Source: Pocillopora damicornis
Taxonomy: Eukaryota
Direction: 5' to 3'
Assembly: GCF_003704095.1 (NCBI RefSeq)
Contig: NW_020844650.1
Span: forward strand, 124,001 to 188,000
Length of the DNA: 64,000 bases
How positions within the stretch are numbered: the stretch's first letter is position 1; each line of letters opens with the position of its first letter. Of this stretch, positions 59,597-64,000 are shown piece by piece. A program made the translations under genes and the position numbers. Under the pieces are notes generated by a model that was not told the origin of the DNA, searched no databases, and was given only the letters and a program-made list of their open reading frames with translations.

Positions 59597-62500
59597 CTCA
59601 AGCCTGCCTGTGGTTTTTGATCATATCTATAGTCTTTTAATTAGAAAATTACATCTAATAAATTAATAACAATTAACGAATTAATTATCGACATAGAGAC
59701 ACGTCACAATTAACATGGAGTTATTTAGCGCTAACTTCGGACAGGTTAGGCGTGGTTTTCAGAGGAGCGGCAATTTCCTTCCTGCTGTTTCCGCGTGAGT
59801 TTTAGAGCCTTCAAAAACCTGCCAGGTTTGTAGCTAGCAAACGAGAAACTTCGCAAATGAAGAGAGTTTGAACTTGTGAGGACTTTTCTTTCAAACGCAC
59901 ACGGAGCAAACTTCGACACGAGAAATACGTTTACCTGCGCGATTCACACCTTCTGTCATCGAATGTTATTTTCATGAAAGGTCAGTTTTATAGTTATTTG
60001 GGGGTAAAGAATTAGTTCGTAAAAGAAAACAGAAAGAAGAAAAATGGGGGAAGAGATGGTAACGTCTTTAACACAAAAGACAAATATTGCGCGCGCGTTA
60101 GGAGTTTGGCCTCACGCGTGTCACGAACCTTGCCCAGATCGTTCAGAAACCTCGTTCAGAAATAACTTTCAAGTGGATCTTCAAATTATGAAACTTTTAA
60201 AAAGAAGAAATGTGAAGTTGAAAGACATTAGTCACTTCAGATTTAAACTTAAAAAACTATTTCCCGGCTATCCATAAGCAACCAGAAGACATTGTTCATT
60301 AGGAAAGATAGTACTATGAAAGATGGAGAGGTAAAAAGCGTTCTTGTGAATGGTGAATACGGGCAGGAAAAGGCAAGCTTGAGAGCACAAAGGAAAACGA
60401 AATCATGGAATCTATTTAAGTAACGGAGGAAGATTGTTTCTGGCCAGGTCGCAGTTGGTAAGATAGCGTAGAGGAAGCAAAACTGTAAAACCTTGCGAGA
60501 GCACGAAGAAAAGCGAGACATTGAAATCAGTGAACAGAGTAACAGCGCGCAGGAAAACAGAGAAAACTAACGCAACAATGCAAAGTTTTACTCTGCTGAT
60601 TGTGAATGTTGAATGCGTGCGTGAAAAGGCGAGCTCACAGAATTGGTAAAGAGAACGCACAAGAGAACGAGATCATGCAAATAAAGGGAGAACACAGAGA
60701 AAAACGAAATTCTTGGAATTAGAGGAGATAAGAGTACGGAGAAAAGCGAGTCAACGGGGAAAAGTTAGAGTAGAAAACGCAGAGAAAGCGAATTGTGATG
60801 AGCAGGGGGTGCAATGCAACGAAAATAGACGAGAGGAATCAGCAGACAACGCAAAGAAAAGTGAAATCATGAAATTCAATAAGGGACGGCGCAGAGAAAG
60901 GCAAAATGGTGGAATAAGTGGATGTAGAGAAAATTGCATCAGTGCAGAGGGCGGAGAAAGATGGTTTTGCAGAAAGCGTAGAGGAAGCAAAATTTGGAGT
61001 GCTGCTGTGAACGCGAAGAGACTCGAGTCATTCAAATAATCGCGTGGAAAACAGTTCAATCGTCTCGCTAGAAAGGTTTTATCTAAACTCTGCTGAGCTT
61101 GGAGCAGATCGCGGAAAAAGAGAGATAGAGATATTAATTTGGCATTCGGAAACAGCGAGACAGCGAAATCCGTGAGGAAATGACGAATTTGTAACATCAT
61201 GGGAAAGCTGGTAAAAAAATGACCTATAAATATTTTTGAGTGCGAACGAACAATGCATTTGCGACGTACCGCGCGCATTAATAAGCGAAATTTTTAAACA
61301 AGAGGAATTTACGGGAAGAAGTGGAATGGCCGAAAAGCAATGGAAAGTAATGGAAGGCGCAATTTATGATCAGGGAAAGACAAAATTTCAAATGTAGCAA
61401 CGGGTGCGAGAAAAAAATTGAATAGAGGCCGAGAAATCGATGCAAAGCACAGGGAAAAAAAAGGAGATCGAAAAGTCAGGCGTAAAAAAGGGACACTGTA
61501 ATATTGTGAAATCAGACATAGCGCGAGAAAAGAATGAATAATAAAAATCAGCCAACGGAGAAAAGGGAAAATTGTGAAATTAGCAAATGAAACGCGAAAA
61601 AACAGAAGAAGGAACCTTTCGATTTTCCAAAAACTCTTGTGCGCTCAGGATAAAAGTGGCTTGTGATGGCAAATTAATAGTTTTTTTTCAGTTATAAAGC
61701 TGTTTGAAATTAAGACATTATAAATTTCTTTTTACATAACAGGGTGGTACCAAGGATTCACTGAAAGCTCCCCTCCTTCCTGTTTTCTGGCGATCTCAAG
61801 AGAGCAGTTATGTGCCCTGCTTCAGAGCACAGGCGAGGCAGCTTTTATAATCCCCAATGTTTTACAAGCAACCACCTGCACAGCTTCGAGGAATGAGGAG
61901 TATTAGATTGACGGACGCATCGACGTCTGACCCCTGAACACAACTCACGGACCAAGATATAGTCTCAAGTCTTTTTTCGGATCTTTAGAAACGATTCCCG
62001 TGGCTACCTCCGTACCTTGCCAAAACGTTGTCTTTGATCCAGAGTACTCAACGAGCTTCGGCTGATGCGATGACTCAGGAAACATGACATAGCCCTATTT
62101 CGCTAAAGAGAAAGATGGTTAAGGCGAGGATCGCTGATGTACAAATGGGTAGACTCAGACGCTATCAAATCACTGAAGGACAAGCGAGCTACTCAAAATC
62201 AGAAACAATAACAAAATGAACTGACGTGACATTACCGCACGAACAGATTCGTCTCCAGGCCTCTTCTGCTGCTCGCTCTTCCTCGAGGGTGGGGCACAAG
62301 AGCTTGGTTGCGTTGCGACTGACGTCTGTGAACAGTTTCTCATTTCCTTTCTACCTCCTCTTTCTCTTTTGAAATCTGATCTTTGTTCCGTCATTCTTAC
62401 CTGTCTTTAACGCCTAGTCTCGTTCGCAGAGCCGAGATCTACTTTGTCAGGACCACGGATTGCAAACATAGCTCTGATGGCAGCTGTCCCAAGTTTTCAG

Positions 62501-64000
62501 AGAAACCTGACGCTCATAATGATCTTTGATATTTTGTCCATGTTATTGACCAATCAGATTTCAGGATCGGAAAAGGGATTTCTTCGGCTTGTTTGCACTG
62601 AGACACTGGTTAAAAGAATCGCGCCTCTTAGAACGAGACTCCCAATATCCTCAAAGTATTGCGTAATATTTTAGAGGCGAGTGGATGGATATTTTACATT
62701 AGTTCTTATGTAATTTATCCTTCTTAGCCACAAGCAGATGCTTATGTTCAATGAATCCTTTAGGAAACAAAGATTTCAAGAAAAGACAGAAAAGGACAAG
62801 ATCAAGTTTATTAACTATGATCCGGTACGTGACACATCAGTCTTTTTCAGCGGAAGAAGTGTGATTTTGCTTTGTTTGTATGTGGTATTTTTTGTAAAAA
62901 TTTGGTATTTTATCTTTTCTTTGATTTCTTTTTTAAGAAGCACCAGTACATTCAAGATACAAGCCAAGAGAAGCATTTTCAACCATTACCTTCGACACTC
63001 GTGACAGACACATTCTACACACGTCACACAATAGATCACACAACACCATGCAGCATCCGGATCATATAGACAAACGTCACAATGCAGTTCAAAAAATAAC
63101 AAGCAGCATACAGATAAGGAGGACAAACGTCACACAAGAAATCACAAAAAATAATGACACGTAATAGATTACATCATATAGGCAATCACACAGCAGATCA
63201 CGCACTATGCATAAAGGTCACACAAAGGCGCATAAGCTCTCTTCATAGTTGAGGTGGGGGCCTCTTCATAAACTTTAAATCAGAGGACTCTGGTTGGGGA
63301 AAGGTCTGAACAACTGACGAACAGACCAACAGCGACTGTACTGTTTAACATAACACTATCAGACAAATCACCCATGCAAATCACAAACAAACTAACTGAA
63401 TTGCTTACCCAACTGCTGACTTAGACCTCCTTCCCCAACTAAACCAGACCTCGCTTTTAGGGCAGGATGAGGTGGTGGCGCCACGGAGTCTGCGTGGAGC
63501 AACGTCACGCTCACCTCTCGGGGTGTGGCGACCCCGCCCAATCCAAGTCTGCTTCCCCTCGGGAACAGCCGCTTTTTGCTTCAGATCAGCAATGCATATT
63601 ATCGTGTATGTTTCATAGGCGGTGACATGTTGGTCTCGGTTTTTTTTTTCATCAAAGTTTTTGAAGCTTGTCCCCTCCTCAACTCGTCTCTTACAACTGT
63701 CTTCTCGCATATCACGTATCGGGGTCAATAAACGGGTTTTTAGCCCCTTGTTGNNNNNNNNNNCGCTGTTGCGACAAGGCGTTGTTACTTGCGCCGCTTA
63801 CTTTCCTTTCTGCTTTGACACTGCTGTCAAAGTTTTTCTCTCTTTTGAAATCGATATTGCGATCGTTTATTCGATAAAGCAGTATCGATATGGCTAATAT
63901 ATTACCGCCTCTGCTCCTTTAAAAATAATCGATATCATTTATGGTATCACCAATTATGGCTATTATAGCTATCCTATCGGTTTGCAGTTGATAGTGATTA
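59597..64000 (+). repeat. Long direct repeat, copy 2 (runs off the right edge)
   Basis: Paralog of 46062-48905, with extra segments at ~60990-61720 and 62367-63588. Confidence 0.9.

Overview
AT-rich eukaryotic genomic DNA. Spliceosomal introns and the SINE, MITE and Penelope repeat types suggest a cnidarian, probably a stony coral (inference). Left to right: (1) a head-to-tail tandem pair of CYP46A1-like cytochrome P450 genes on the minus strand, one complete 15-exon gene (6870-18348) and one running off the left edge; (2) a ~22 kb block (22.3-44.1 kb) with three single-coding-exon genes carrying a bacterial-type YbaY/YscW-like domain, a decayed Helitron/Helentron, a two-exon ~650-aa class I SAM-methyltransferase-fold gene with NLS-like N-terminal motifs, a truncated intron-less twin of that gene just upstream, and decayed LINEs; (3) a rearranged eIF4G-derived locus (about 50-58 kb) with a duplicated PABP-binding exon and the eIF4E-binding motif but no visible MIF4G, lying between two copies of a multi-kb repeat. 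The strongest novelty candidates are the bacterial-like methyltransferase plus YbaY cluster and the truncated eIF4G. All homology calls come from recognised motifs; no database searches were run.
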